Positions 29,699 through 39,645 of a stretch of DNA of 64,000 nucleotides are shown piece after piece; position 1 is the first letter of the stretch; the number at the start of each line of letters is the position of its first letter. Below the pieces are notes generated by a model. It saw only the letters and a list, made by a program, of their open reading frames with translations, was not told the origin of the DNA and did not search any database. This stretch comes from Bdellovibrionota bacterium (GTDB lineage Bacteria > Bdellovibrionota_C > UBA2361 > JAAYZI01): assembly GCA_050950765.1 (NCBI GenBank), contig JBMNIF010000003.1:224001-288000 (forward strand). Direction: 5' to 3'. The translations under genes were made by a program, and so were the position numbers.

Positions 29699-31453
29699 TC
29701 AATCTGTTATGCGCCAGACATCATCTTTTAAAAACTCTTCTCTGATATAGCCTGGTCGTCCTGATTGCGAAAGGATCTCCACCCAACCACGTCTGATTTT
29801 TGCAACACGTACACGATCCCCACTGATTAAAGTGTCAACCTTAGCAGCGCTTGACCTCGGTGCTGCATAAACCTCCGTCATCCGTTTTATCTCACGCATT
29901 TTTGTGGCGCTGTTTTTCCCCAGTGGAATCATATATGCGGGGATTATCGGATCCGTACTGCCGTGTCCCGCCACTATCGGTTTATTTACTCGATCAATCT
30001 CCCTTGAAGAATCAATTAAATCTCTACCCCTTCCACCGACAGCATCTACAAGATCACCTCGTTCAAAAGCTTCAACAGCAACTCTTAAATTGTGGGGCTC
30101 TAACGGCGATTTAGTATTGATAACAGCTGTTTTAGTATCCGCACTTCCTGTTTTTTCAGCTGCAACTTTTGCTACACTCACATCACGTTGGGGTATTTTT
30201 TCATCTTTAAGATCATCTTTAACAATAGACCCTTTATCACTATCAGAGCCACTAGCAGTATTACTATCTAAAACTCGTAAGATTCCACCAAGGCTATCTG
30301 CCCTTAATGGAGCCACAGGAGTTGCTAACGGTAGCTGCAGCTGCGGCACAGGATCTGCTGCATATGAGACAACTTCATCACCTTGCTCCACCACTTCAAC
30401 ATTTATTATCTCCCCCAAATACCCCAATAACGAAGGGAAACGATCAAAAGCCATCCACCCTACACCAAGAACGGCCAAGATAAAGATTAGACCCAAAATT
30501 CCGGTACTATTTCCAACTTTTCTCTCCTCTTGTAAATTTAGATGATCAGATATACCGGTACCATCTTTTTTAACACTGCTAAAATCACTTTTATCTTCGT
30601 CTTTAATCTTCTTTATTTCCGTCGTTTTTAAAGCATTTTTTAATTCTGCAACCTTCTTCTCCACGACCTCAATTCTAGCAGATACAGATCTCGTGCACGG
30701 CTTTGCCTGTAACAACAGCAATTCTTTTTGCAGTGCCGTAAAAAACACTTCGCCATTTTTCCGATTAATCTTATACGCTCTTTCAAAAAAGAGGTTGCCG
30801 AACTCATAGTCTTCAGACTCACATAACTTTTTTGCCGTTATAAGGAGCACCGATTCCGTCAAATTAAGTAAGGCTGGATCTGTTCGCGAGTGAGTGCACT
30901 TTTCTACTACCTCCCTCGAAACCGTATCTAACGGCACAGCTAAAATTCCACTCGGCATACTATCCAAAACGATCTGCGCTCTCACCCACCACAATCTAGC
31001 TTTTAATGCAGTATCACCACTTGCAGATTGCAACACCGTTTCTGCCAATGTAATAATATCATCCCATTTTTTAGCAGAAGCTAATCTTGAATATTCTCCT
31101 GAAGCACCATCATCATCTGCATTAAAAAGCGCTTCATCAGGTTGTTCATTAAATTCCCCTTGAAAGTTAGAGGCTTCATCCTGTTTTGCTTCCGATACTA
31201 TATCTTCGGAAGCACCGTTTTCCGACAAACTCTTTTGATCGTCATAGATCTCTGACAACATCTCATTCTGGTCATCCCCTTTAGAATCTGTTTCTTGATA
31301 GCGCTCTGCTAAGGGCAATAAACCGTCAATATTTCTATCAACAGCTAACTTTGCAATATACTTACCGAGATCAAGGCGAGCTTTTTTACTTGCAGTACGC
31401 TCCTCCTGCACCACTCCCTCTGATATGTTGTTTTCATTTTCCTTTAATGACAT
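29699..31453 (-). CDS. Hypothetical membrane protein: helical N-region, one TM, C-terminal SH3b-like domain
   Basis: TM GILGLIFILAVLGVGWMAF; C-terminal VYAAPRSSAAKVDTLISGDRVRV...GWVEI...GRPGYI. Confidence 0.65.
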   Translation of the reverse strand: MSLKENENNISEGVVQEERTASKKARLDLGKYIAKLAVDRNIDGLLPLAERYQETDSKGDDQNEMLSEIYDDQKSLSENGASEDIVSEAKQDEASNFQGEFNEQPDEALFNADDDGASGEYSRLASAKKWDDIITLAETVLQSASGDTALKARLWWVRAQIVLDSMPSGILAVPLDTVSREVVEKCTHSRTDPALLNLTESVLLITAKKLCESEDYEFGNLFFERAYKINRKNGEVFFTALQKELLLLQAKPCTRSVSARIEVVEKKVAELKNALKTTEIKKIKDEDKSDFSSVKKDGTGISDHLNLQEERKVGNSTGILGLIFILAVLGVGWMAFDRFPSLLGYLGEIINVEVVEQGDEVVSYAADPVPQLQLPLATPVAPLRADSLGGILRVLDSNTASGSDSDKGSIVKDDLKDEKIPQRDVSVAKVAAEKTGSADTKTAVINTKSPLEPHNLRVAVEAFERGDLVDAVGGRGRDLIDSSREIDRVNKPIVAGHGSTDPIIPAYMIPLGKNSATKMREIKRMTEVYAAPRSSAAKVDTLISGDRVRVAKIRRGWVEILSQSGRPGYIREEFLKDDVWRITD

Positions 31454-31547
31454 CTCTAACTACTAAAAAATAAAAAACAGTGTAGAACAACACCCACTAC
31501 ACCTGTTATAATTCTCCACTAATCCATTCATACCTATAACATATCGT

Positions 31548-32192
31548 ATGCTAAAACATTCTGTTTCAAATAAAATACCTTATATTTCATCTTCACCGCA
31601 TAGTATTAACACTCTAATTCTACTATTTTCTCTTATATTTCTTACAACCTCTTGCGTAGTTACGCCACTTTCTCCTCCCCCTCTTTCAGATGATATTATA
31701 AGGTTGTCAGAGTTAAATTATAATTCAATTATTTTAGATGTTTCAGATACTTCCAGCACTTCTCAAAGTAACAAAACAGTTGGAAGACAGTTCCTCTTCA
31801 TTATACTACCTTTTGGCAGGATAGAGATGCAAAAACCTACTACTACACTCTTCAACACTGCCTTTAACTCATTAACTTTACACGGTTATAAGCCGACAGA
31901 GGCAGGGGCAAGACTAAAGAAATTAAAGATCTCTATCGAAGATGTATCACTTTACGGCTACGATCTTATCTTTTTAAGGAGGGTCTCTGCTTCTGTCACT
32001 CTTAGGGCTAACTTATCGGATTTAAATGATAATCTACTATTATCTTGGACTGCCACAGCCTCTCGAAAACGGTGGGAGAAGTTCGCATTTGCTCCACAGT
32101 TAAATTATGTGTTTAATCAAGCTCTGAGCGAAGCGATGGATAAGTTACTTATTCCCCTGCGCAGTATTGGAAAATCTCCTTTGCGCAGGTAG
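31548..32192 (+). CDS. Hypothetical lipoprotein
   Basis: Hydrophobic signal ending TTSC; 214-aa ORF. Confidence 0.6.
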   Translation: MLKHSVSNKIPYISSSPHSINTLILLFSLIFLTTSCVVTPLSPPPLSDDIIRLSELNYNSIILDVSDTSSTSQSNKTVGRQFLFIILPFGRIEMQKPTTTLFNTAFNSLTLHGYKPTEAGARLKKLKISIEDVSLYGYDLIFLRRVSASVTLRANLSDLNDNLLLSWTATASRKRWEKFAFAPQLNYVFNQALSEAMDKLLIPLRSIGKSPLRR

Positions 32193-32275
32193 TATATTAG
32201 GTAGTTGTTTTATCTATTTAAAAAGTTTTGAAACTATCAGGTTGTTTCCCTACAATTAGGGTTTGGACAGAGATT

Positions 32276-34702
32276 ATGAATACATTTATTTGTTCTGTTA
32301 AAAACTTACTCTGCAGGCTTTTATCACGTTATTTTCTCCTACTCGAAGTTCCAGAGTCTTTTCAAAAAGTTGCAAGTAATTGCAATAAAACCATCGTTAT
32401 TACACAAAGCGATTCGTTAATTATCAAAGCTCTCTTACTTTCTTTTGCTAAAAGACGTGAAATTTACACCATTACCCGTCTAAAAGATTTTTTTGCAGAG
32501 GAAGAGAAAACCAATTCTGAATCTTATACATTGTATTGGGAATCTCTGCATAATGAAGAAGAGATCGATAAAATTCAGAAAGAGATGCCTGATGCTTTTA
32601 TCAGTACCTTCAATATCTTTGAAGGACGCGGTCCGATCTATGACAATCCGAGCTATAAGATAAAAAAAAGAACTCTCTTTTCTGTTTTAATAACTCCTCT
32701 ACTCGGCTTACAGAGGCGACACTTCTTTTTATTCTCTTTTGGAGAGCCCTTCCCCGTATCATCAGAAAAAGTTTCGCCGAAAACAAAACTCTCACGCCGA
32801 ATCAAGGTTGATATCTTTCAAAACACAAAACTCGTACGTGGTGTTTCGTTTCAGACTCGCGAAGTTCAAGAACGTTATATTCTAGCGGGTCAAGAAGCTC
32901 AACGTATGGTTCATCTCTTAACTAAAAAGCTCAACAAATCAGAAGAAGAGATAAAAGAGGAGATGCGTAAAGAGTTTCACCTTATGGCGGCAGATCCTCG
33001 TAGCTGGTGCCTCGCCTTAGGAGGAGTTGCTACAAAACATATCATCAAACGTTTCCCTGAGGTTTCCATTGTCGGACTGGATAATTTCAAACAAGCTATA
33101 AAGGGCAATCCTGTTGTCTTAATTCCTATGCACAGAAGTCATTTTGACTATATCCTTATAAGCGGCATGCTTTACGATCTTAATTTAAGAACCCCACTCG
33201 TCGCTTCCGGTATGAATCTCAGGTTTTGGCCAATAGGTCCCATTTTAGCTAAGACAGGAGCTTTCTATATTAGAAGAGAGAGTAGACAAAATCACATCCA
33301 CAATTTTTTGTTACAACGCTACATCACTTATCTGATTAAACGTGGACATCTACAGGAATTTTTCATCGAAGGTGGACGCAGCCGCAGCGGTAGGATGTTA
33401 TCACCGAAGCTAGGCTTACTGGGGATTATGATCAACGCCTTTTTAAAAGGCGTTCGTAAAGAAATCCTCTTTTTACCAGTATCAATCAGTTATGAATATG
33501 TTGCTGAAGTCTCTGATTACGCTCGCCAAAATACAGGGTTACCTAAAAAAAGTGAGAACTTCTTGGGATTCCTCAAAGCTGCTAAACAATTTATTTATTG
33601 CAAGCGCCACGGTGAGGTAATTATTAATTTTGGAGAACCTCTTTCACTGGCGCAGTTTCATGAAAACGCCCTAGAAGAAGCGGGCGGAGAAACTGTAAAA
33701 AAGAAACTCGTCGGCGGTATAGGTACAATCGTTCTGGATAGAGTAGCAGAACAGATTAGCCCATGCTTAAGTGACTTGACCTATACAGCATTAATGATGG
33801 CACCAGGCTATGGCATGCGTCGTACAAAACTTGTAAAAACGGTTCAAAATCTCGCGCATCTCTGTACCTTGATGAAGTCATGCAATCCACATTTAGGTGA
33901 CTTTAGCCCTGCTTTAAAGCGGTTTTTAAACGACCCTGAACATAGCTTTAGCAACTTGACTCATGATGGTAGTATTTCAATTGACAAAACAACAGGTACT
34001 GATGAGATCTACTATATAAAAGGAGACAAACGCTATACGGGGGATTTCTATAAAAACAGTTCGCTCCACCTTCTTTACACCATCAGTTTAATGTCTCTTC
34101 TCGCTTTAGAGAAAACATCCATTACACCAGAAAATGTAAGCGCTCTTTATAACCTACTAGGGCAACGCAATATTATTTTACGTAAGAAAGATATCACGGA
34201 AGAGGCAGAAACAATTATTGCATGTTTACAAAAAGACGGTATCTTAAACACTTCAACCGATAAAACAGAGATCATAACTTTTATAAATCGTGAAAGTGGG
34301 ATCTTTATTCCAGCTCTATTACTTAATTACTATGAAAGTCTATCATGGGTATATTCAAATTATATTGAAAAAGAAAAAGAGCATCGAGCAACTACCATCT
34401 CAGATCAGGATCATCACCAAGAAGAGCCCTCTTGTACCCTTAATTACAATGAGTTCTTAAAAGAGATACAAACTAAACTCATTCGTTCAAAGTATATCGC
34501 ACCCTATTATCGGACTGAATCAGGATCTAAATCCACGCTAGCATTAGCCATAGAATCAAGTAAACAAAACGGTTTTATTTCTATGGACAGCTTCAGCCAA
34601 AGCACTATCACAATTCTAAAAGCTCCCACAGCAGAACTAGCTAAGTTGCACGATATTATCCATACAATTCGTGTATACCTGCAAAGTGAGATTTATGAAT
34701 AA
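32276..34702 (+). CDS. plsB: Glycerol-3-phosphate acyltransferase (PlsB-like)
   Basis: PMHRSHFDY (HX4D), GAFYIRR, FFIEGGRSRSG, PVSISYE; first ATG at 32276 (ORF track starts at TTG 32228). Confidence 0.8.
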   Translation: MNTFICSVKNLLCRLLSRYFLLLEVPESFQKVASNCNKTIVITQSDSLIIKALLLSFAKRREIYTITRLKDFFAEEEKTNSESYTLYWESLHNEEEIDKIQKEMPDAFISTFNIFEGRGPIYDNPSYKIKKRTLFSVLITPLLGLQRRHFFLFSFGEPFPVSSEKVSPKTKLSRRIKVDIFQNTKLVRGVSFQTREVQERYILAGQEAQRMVHLLTKKLNKSEEEIKEEMRKEFHLMAADPRSWCLALGGVATKHIIKRFPEVSIVGLDNFKQAIKGNPVVLIPMHRSHFDYILISGMLYDLNLRTPLVASGMNLRFWPIGPILAKTGAFYIRRESRQNHIHNFLLQRYITYLIKRGHLQEFFIEGGRSRSGRMLSPKLGLLGIMINAFLKGVRKEILFLPVSISYEYVAEVSDYARQNTGLPKKSENFLGFLKAAKQFIYCKRHGEVIINFGEPLSLAQFHENALEEAGGETVKKKLVGGIGTIVLDRVAEQISPCLSDLTYTALMMAPGYGMRRTKLVKTVQNLAHLCTLMKSCNPHLGDFSPALKRFLNDPEHSFSNLTHDGSISIDKTTGTDEIYYIKGDKRYTGDFYKNSSLHLLYTISLMSLLALEKTSITPENVSALYNLLGQRNIILRKKDITEEAETIIACLQKDGILNTSTDKTEIITFINRESGIFIPALLLNYYESLSWVYSNYIEKEKEHRATTISDQDHHQEEPSCTLNYNEFLKEIQTKLIRSKYIAPYYRTESGSKSTLALAIESSKQNGFISMDSFSQSTITILKAPTAELAKLHDIIHTIRVYLQSEIYE

Positions 34703-34728
34703 CGTTTACCTTAAATAAGAAAGGAGCT

Positions 34729-35199
34729 TTAGAAACTCCTCTTTTTACTCACACAAGTGACATTTAAAGCTCTTACTGGGTTCATTCCAAATCGGCTTCC
34801 CCTTTGACATTGTTGTGAATGTTCCTTGTACTTAATTAAACGCTCCCGTACTAACGGAGGAATGATATGCTCCATATCACAAGCTGCAAACTCAGCATCA
34901 GCTTTTTTAATCTGTAAAATATTTTCCAGAAAGAGACATAAAAGATCGTAAAGCTTTAAGATCTCGCGTGCTTTTTTCTGACCGAGTTCTGTTAATGTAA
35001 TACTGGAATACTTCTCATATTTAACCAACCCTTTCTCCGTCAGTTGTTGCAAAGCCCCCGTTACTGAAGGTTTAGTGACTTTTAAGACCTCTGCAATATC
35101 TTTAGCTAAAACGGTATTCTTTTCGTTTTCAAGAAGTATTATCGCCTTTAGATACATCTCTTGGCTAGGCGTTATTTTTAACTCTTCTTTAATACTCAT
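34729..35199 (-). CDS. DtxR/MntR family metal-dependent transcriptional regulator
   Basis: SQEMYLKAI, KDIAEVLKVTKPSVTGALQQL, ITLTELG, ACDMEH; ATG 35199 overlaps the stop of the upstream small ORF. Confidence 0.92.
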   Translation of the reverse strand: MSIKEELKITPSQEMYLKAIILLENEKNTVLAKDIAEVLKVTKPSVTGALQQLTEKGLVKYEKYSSITLTELGQKKAREILKLYDLLCLFLENILQIKKADAEFAACDMEHIIPPLVRERLIKYKEHSQQCQRGSRFGMNPVRALNVTCVSKKRSF

Positions 35200-35353
35200 C
35201 TTCAGACTCTTCTGTGTTTTTCTCACACTTGGCGAAATTACGTTGCGAACAAGCGCTACAATTAGAACAAGAGTGTCGATCCTGCTTTAAGGTATGCTTA
35301 GCAAGTAAGAAGAGTGCAAACGATACAATAATGCCAATGATAAAAAGCTCCAT
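35189..35353 (-). CDS. FeoB-associated Cys-rich small membrane protein (54 aa, not in ORF track)
   Basis: AAGGAG RBS; MELFIIGIIVSFALFLLAKHTLKQDRHSCSNCSACSQRNFAKCEKNTEESEDEY; TM plus CxxCxxC, directly downstream of feoB. Confidence 0.85.
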   Translation of the reverse strand: MELFIIGIIVSFALFLLAKHTLKQDRHSCSNCSACSQRNFAKCEKNTEESEDEY

Positions 35354-35431
35354 AGCTATACTCCTTAATTATTGTTAGATACCGTCATGATACCCTTTCT
35401 TACTTTGCGATAATTCCTTTTTAGGCTTAAG

Positions 35432-37675
35432 TTACAATAAACTTCCCACCTGATATACCACTACTGCTGCACTCCACGCCAAAACCGTCATAAAAACAAA
35501 TGACCCTAAAGCTGCCTTTAAATTAACCTCCTGTATTAAAGTTACTATCGTAGCAACACACTGCAACGATAACGCCATAAATATCAGGAGCGAAGCAGCT
35601 ACTAACGGGGTATATAAAGGTGTCCCATCACTATTTTTAGCTCCTCGTAGTGCAGCTGTTAATCCACTATCTTTTTCAGAAACACCGTCCCCCAAATTGT
35701 ATAAAATACCCAGCGTAGTAACGACCAACTCTCTTGCTGGGAAGCTTGAAATAACTGCTACCGTTAAACGCCAATCAAAACCAGCCGGTGCAAAAAGAGG
35801 CTGCATAAACTTTCCGATCCTTCCGAGATAGCTATTTTCCAACTGAGCAGCTGCAACCCTTTTCTTAAATATCGGATCGTCCTCTATCGAGGAAAGATCT
35901 GGATCAGATAAAAGTGTTAATGTTTCATCAGGAGAAACTTTCTTTGTCGATATAGTAGCAGCACTTTTTATATCTTCTTCAGGAGTAGCATTCTTTTTAA
36001 GCTCTTGTGCATATTCAATTTTCACCTGTTCACGAATAGCACTAGAGTGTGGGAAATAACTAAGAGCCCAGATTATAATCGAAACAGCCAAGATGACACT
36101 GCCAGCTCGCACCAAAAAACTCCCTCCTTTATCGTATAATAAAAGCAAAACATCCCTTTTACGTGGAATACGGTATGGTGGCATCTCCAAAATAAATGGA
36201 ACCTCTTCGATATTATGAAATTCACGTTGCAAAAGGAGCGCCGCAGGAATCCCCACAATTAATCCGATAATGTGTAAAGAAAATAAAGTGACAGCAGCCC
36301 AAAAAGATCCGTAATACGGTTCAATAAAAGCACCGATAAAAAGTACATACACAGGTAGTCGTGCAGAACAACTCACAAAAGGAGCAGCTAAGGCAGTAAT
36401 AACTCTAGCTCTAGGATTAGCAATCGTGCGTGTTGCCATAATACCCGGTACAGCACAAGCAAAACTTGATAAAAGTGATACAAAGCTGGTTCCTGCCAAT
36501 CCACACCAACTAAAAAGTTTATCCATTAAAAAAGCAGCTCTCGCCATATAGCCGCTATCTTCTAAGATAGCGATAAAGAAAAACAAGATTAAGATCTGCG
36601 GTAGAAAAACTAAGATACTACCGACACCTGCGAAGATGCCGTCCACTACCAAACTACGCAAAACTTCTCTTCCTGTAAGTTGTGCACCAACCCACTCTCC
36701 AAGTGCTGCAATTGCTTCCCCTAAGTAATCTGCAATCGGTGCAGCAAAGGTATACATACTTTGGAAGAGAAGAAATAAACAAAGTATAAAAATTAAAAGC
36801 CCCCAGATACGATGTGTTAAAACGTCATCAATTTTTTCCGTAACTGTTTTCGACTCAAACGGTGCCGTTTTTTTTAAAATAACACCCCGCAATTTGTCGT
36901 AAATCCAAGCGTAACGTTGTGCGGCTTCACTCTGTAAATAAAAAGCATCTCCGCAAGCACCTGCTAAAGCAAACGATTGGGCATCTAGCAAATCAGCTAA
37001 ATTAATTCCGTACGCACCTGCCAAAAGCCCTTTCCTATCAAAAAACAACCTTAAAACTTCACCAAATGAATATCTTTCAAGTCCTAGTTTAACTTTAAAC
37101 TTTTCAAGCACATCTAAAAAAGAATCCGACCAACTCATCTTTACCAGTTTTGTTTTCTTTTCCGCAGCCACGAAAACAGCGTCCATCAAACGCTCAATTC
37201 CGATTCCTCGAATGGCTGTCATCTCTACGACTGGTACATTCCATCTTTTTTCTAATTCCTGACAATCTATCGAAATACCACTGGCATTAGCCTCATCCAT
37301 CATATTAAGTGCCAAGACTAACGGAATATTTAAATCAGCTATTTGAGAGGCTAAATACAAACTCCTTGAAATATTCTTAGCATCAGCTATACAAATAACG
37401 ACATCAGGCACTTCTACATCTGTTAAACGCCCCATTAAAAAATCCATCACGACAGCTTCATCAACAGAAGAAGCCGCTAAGCTATAAGTACCAGGTAGAT
37501 CAACAAGCTTAACCTTTCGTCCTCGCCACTCAAAGTATCCCTCTTTTTTATCAACAGTAACTCCTGGATAATTGCCAACGTGTTGTCTATGTCCAGTCAA
37601 ACGATTGAAGGTTGTCGTCTTACCACTATTAGGATTTCCAACCAGAGCAACATTTAATATTTTTTTGAAATCCAC
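35432..37675 (-). CDS. feoB: Ferrous iron transporter B
   Basis: GNPNSGKTT, VGNYPGVTV, DLPGTYSL, NMMD, LEDSGYMARAAF, CSARLPVY, FILEMPPY. Confidence 0.97.
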   Translation of the reverse strand: MDFKKILNVALVGNPNSGKTTTFNRLTGHRQHVGNYPGVTVDKKEGYFEWRGRKVKLVDLPGTYSLAASSVDEAVVMDFLMGRLTDVEVPDVVICIADAKNISRSLYLASQIADLNIPLVLALNMMDEANASGISIDCQELEKRWNVPVVEMTAIRGIGIERLMDAVFVAAEKKTKLVKMSWSDSFLDVLEKFKVKLGLERYSFGEVLRLFFDRKGLLAGAYGINLADLLDAQSFALAGACGDAFYLQSEAAQRYAWIYDKLRGVILKKTAPFESKTVTEKIDDVLTHRIWGLLIFILCLFLLFQSMYTFAAPIADYLGEAIAALGEWVGAQLTGREVLRSLVVDGIFAGVGSILVFLPQILILFFFIAILEDSGYMARAAFLMDKLFSWCGLAGTSFVSLLSSFACAVPGIMATRTIANPRARVITALAAPFVSCSARLPVYVLFIGAFIEPYYGSFWAAVTLFSLHIIGLIVGIPAALLLQREFHNIEEVPFILEMPPYRIPRKRDVLLLLYDKGGSFLVRAGSVILAVSIIIWALSYFPHSSAIREQVKIEYAQELKKNATPEEDIKSAATISTKKVSPDETLTLLSDPDLSSIEDDPIFKKRVAAAQLENSYLGRIGKFMQPLFAPAGFDWRLTVAVISSFPARELVVTTLGILYNLGDGVSEKDSGLTAALRGAKNSDGTPLYTPLVAASLLIFMALSLQCVATIVTLIQEVNLKAALGSFVFMTVLAWSAAVVVYQVGSLL

Positions 37676-37683
37676 TACATATC

Positions 37684-37926
37684 CTATTCAACAGAGCGTA
37701 CGAATACCCTTGCAGCATCTTTACGACGTATCGCCACAGACGATGTACTTAGTTTCAACATTATCGGATCCCCCCACGGGGCAGTTCTTAAAACAGTCAC
37801 ACGCTCCCCCGGTAAAAGAGACATCTCCATCAAACGTCTAGAGACTGCAGAATCTCCATCTAACTTAACGATCTCTGCGCTCTCGCCACACGCCAATTCA
37901 CTTAATAATTTTTCAGCACCAGCCAT
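37684..37926 (-). CDS. feoA: Ferrous iron transport protein A
   Basis: RRLMEMSLLPG, RTAPWGDPI, AIRRKDA. Confidence 0.93.
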   Translation of the reverse strand: MAGAEKLLSELACGESAEIVKLDGDSAVSRRLMEMSLLPGERVTVLRTAPWGDPIMLKLSTSSVAIRRKDAARVFVRSVE

Positions 37927-37953
37927 ATCATGAGCCTAAATTGCACCCGCCTT

Positions 37954-37996
37954 ATAAAGTTAGGCAAACCTAACTTTATTTTTAATAACGTGTCAA
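37954..37996 (-). promoter_or_regulatory. feoAB promoter with DtxR-type operator palindrome
   Basis: Perfect 11-bp inverted repeat ATAAAGTTAGG-CAAA-CCTAACTTTAT (37954-37979) with TTAGG-N4-CCTAA core, overlapping the -10 of a TTGACA (37996-37991) promoter. Confidence 0.8.
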
Positions 37997-38180
37997 TTCT
38001 ACTCTTCACATTATATTACACCATACCAACAATACAGATATCCTCTTTATGATAAGATTAGAATTGATAAAAACAGAGCACTGTTTTACTAAATTGGAGT
38101 TGTGCCAAACATTAAATTTTCGGTCTCTATTTTTGAGCTTGAAAGGTGCTTAAGTAGGGAGGTTTTCTTTAATTATGCGC

Positions 38181-38227
38181 AAAAAAATCCGGTTCACCGA
38201 AGGTCGCGACTCCTCCGATGAACCGGA
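38181..38227 (-). terminator. Intrinsic terminator downstream of flagellin
   Basis: Minus strand TCCGGTTCATCGGAGG/CCTTCGGTGAACCGGA 16-bp stem followed by T7. Confidence 0.85.
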
Positions 38228-38401
38228 ACAGAAAATAGCGAGATACTAAATTTAGCACCTGAGCCAATTTTTTTTATAGGCAATCGACTCAATAAGTTGA
38301 GTGATCTGTATTATCAGATCATTCTTAAACACTCCCCCACGCCACACTTTAAGTTGTGGCGTGGTAAGGAAAAGTACTTCCTAGCAAGGAGTTTACTTAC
38401 C

Positions 38402-39262
38402 TTAACTAAGGAGAGCGAGAGCCATTTGCGGCTGTTGATTGGCCTGTGCCAACACTGCAGTACCAGCCTGCTGCAAGATGTTCAACCTAGTAAGCTCTGC
38501 AGCTTCAGAGGCGACATCAGTATCTCTAATCTGGCTTTCAGCAGAAGCAAAATTCTCTTTAGCAACCGACAAGTTGTTAATTGCTACATTAAGACGTGAC
38601 TCTACGGCACCTAAATTACCACGTGTAGAAGCTAGGGACTGAATCGCGCTATTAACAGCATCAAGTGCTAAACGTGATGCTGATTGTCCAGCTTCGATAG
38701 TTGCTCCGTTCAAAGAATACGTCAAAGCTGAGGAACCTGTAGCTGCTAAACCAAGGTTAGCGAGAGTACCACTAACACCGGTGAAGGATATTTGAGATGT
38801 TGATGCAGAATCAAACCCCACCTGTAATGTCATGGTGTTACCGCCTTTAAGTAACTTCACACCATTAAACTGAGTGGTTTCTGCAATACGCTCAATTTCC
38901 GATCCGAGAGCAACGAACTCAGCTGCAACTGCCGAACGTTGGATTGTTGTGTACACACCATTAGCAGATTGCTCTGATAATTCAGCCAAACGTGTTAATA
39001 CATTACTTATTTCGCTTAATGCACCATCAGCAATTGCAATTGTAGAAATACCGTCATTAGCATTTCTAATAGCAACAGTTGCTACACTTTGTTGGGCTTT
39101 TAATGAGTCCGCAATCGCCAATCCTGCAGCATCATCGCACGCTTTATTGATACGTCTTCCTGAACTTAATTTTTGGAAAACACCCGAAAGTCTATTTGTA
39201 CTCGCAGATAAACTACGTTGAGCACGAAAAGATGTTACATTACTACCAATAGTAATAGCCAT
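38402..39262 (-). CDS. fliC: Flagellin
   Basis: KLSSGRRINKACDDAAGLAI, RNANDGIS, TQFNG, RGNLGAVESRL, ESQIRDTDVASE, LAQANQQPQ. Confidence 0.97.
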   Translation of the reverse strand: MAITIGSNVTSFRAQRSLSASTNRLSGVFQKLSSGRRINKACDDAAGLAIADSLKAQQSVATVAIRNANDGISTIAIADGALSEISNVLTRLAELSEQSANGVYTTIQRSAVAAEFVALGSEIERIAETTQFNGVKLLKGGNTMTLQVGFDSASTSQISFTGVSGTLANLGLAATGSSALTYSLNGATIEAGQSASRLALDAVNSAIQSLASTRGNLGAVESRLNVAINNLSVAKENFASAESQIRDTDVASEAAELTRLNILQQAGTAVLAQANQQPQMALALLS

Positions 39263-39264
39263 TT

Positions 39265-39465
39265 TATATTCCTCCTTGAATATATAGTTTTAGACCGCAG
39301 AACAATCCTTTGATCTGTGTTTTTAGCTCGCATCTCACAGCATGTGATAACGCGAACCAGTCTGTATAAAAATTTTGAGTGTAACTTTAGAAAAGTGAGA
39401 ACCTTTCCTCGCTACGCCTAACTAACCTTATTTTTGTATTACGGATGAATAGGCTCGAACCTTTA
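39265..39465 (-). promoter_or_regulatory. Putative sigma28 promoter and CsrA-type GGA hairpins in the flagellin leader
   Basis: TAAA (39465-39462)-N16-TCCGTAAT; hairpins CAAAGGATTG and TATATTC-AAGGAG-GAATATA (SD in the loop). Confidence 0.55.
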
Positions 39466-39515
39466 GCAAAAAGTTAATCTCTTCAAAAAAAATCGCCGCC
39501 GTTTTGCAAAGATCG

Positions 39516-39531
39516 CTAACATCTTGATTTA
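39516..39531. promoter_or_regulatory. IHF-consensus site
   Basis: CTAACATCTTGATTTA contains YAANNNNTTGATW; identical 16-mer at 46699-46714. Confidence 0.45.
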
Positions 39532-39645
39532 TTAAAATAAAAATTCCCCTTCTTTTAAGTGCCTTTCCCACTTGTCCATAACGCCCTTTAAATTTAATAT
39601 GACACGAATAGCGATATATTTTTTATATTCAAGGGATATTGAAGT

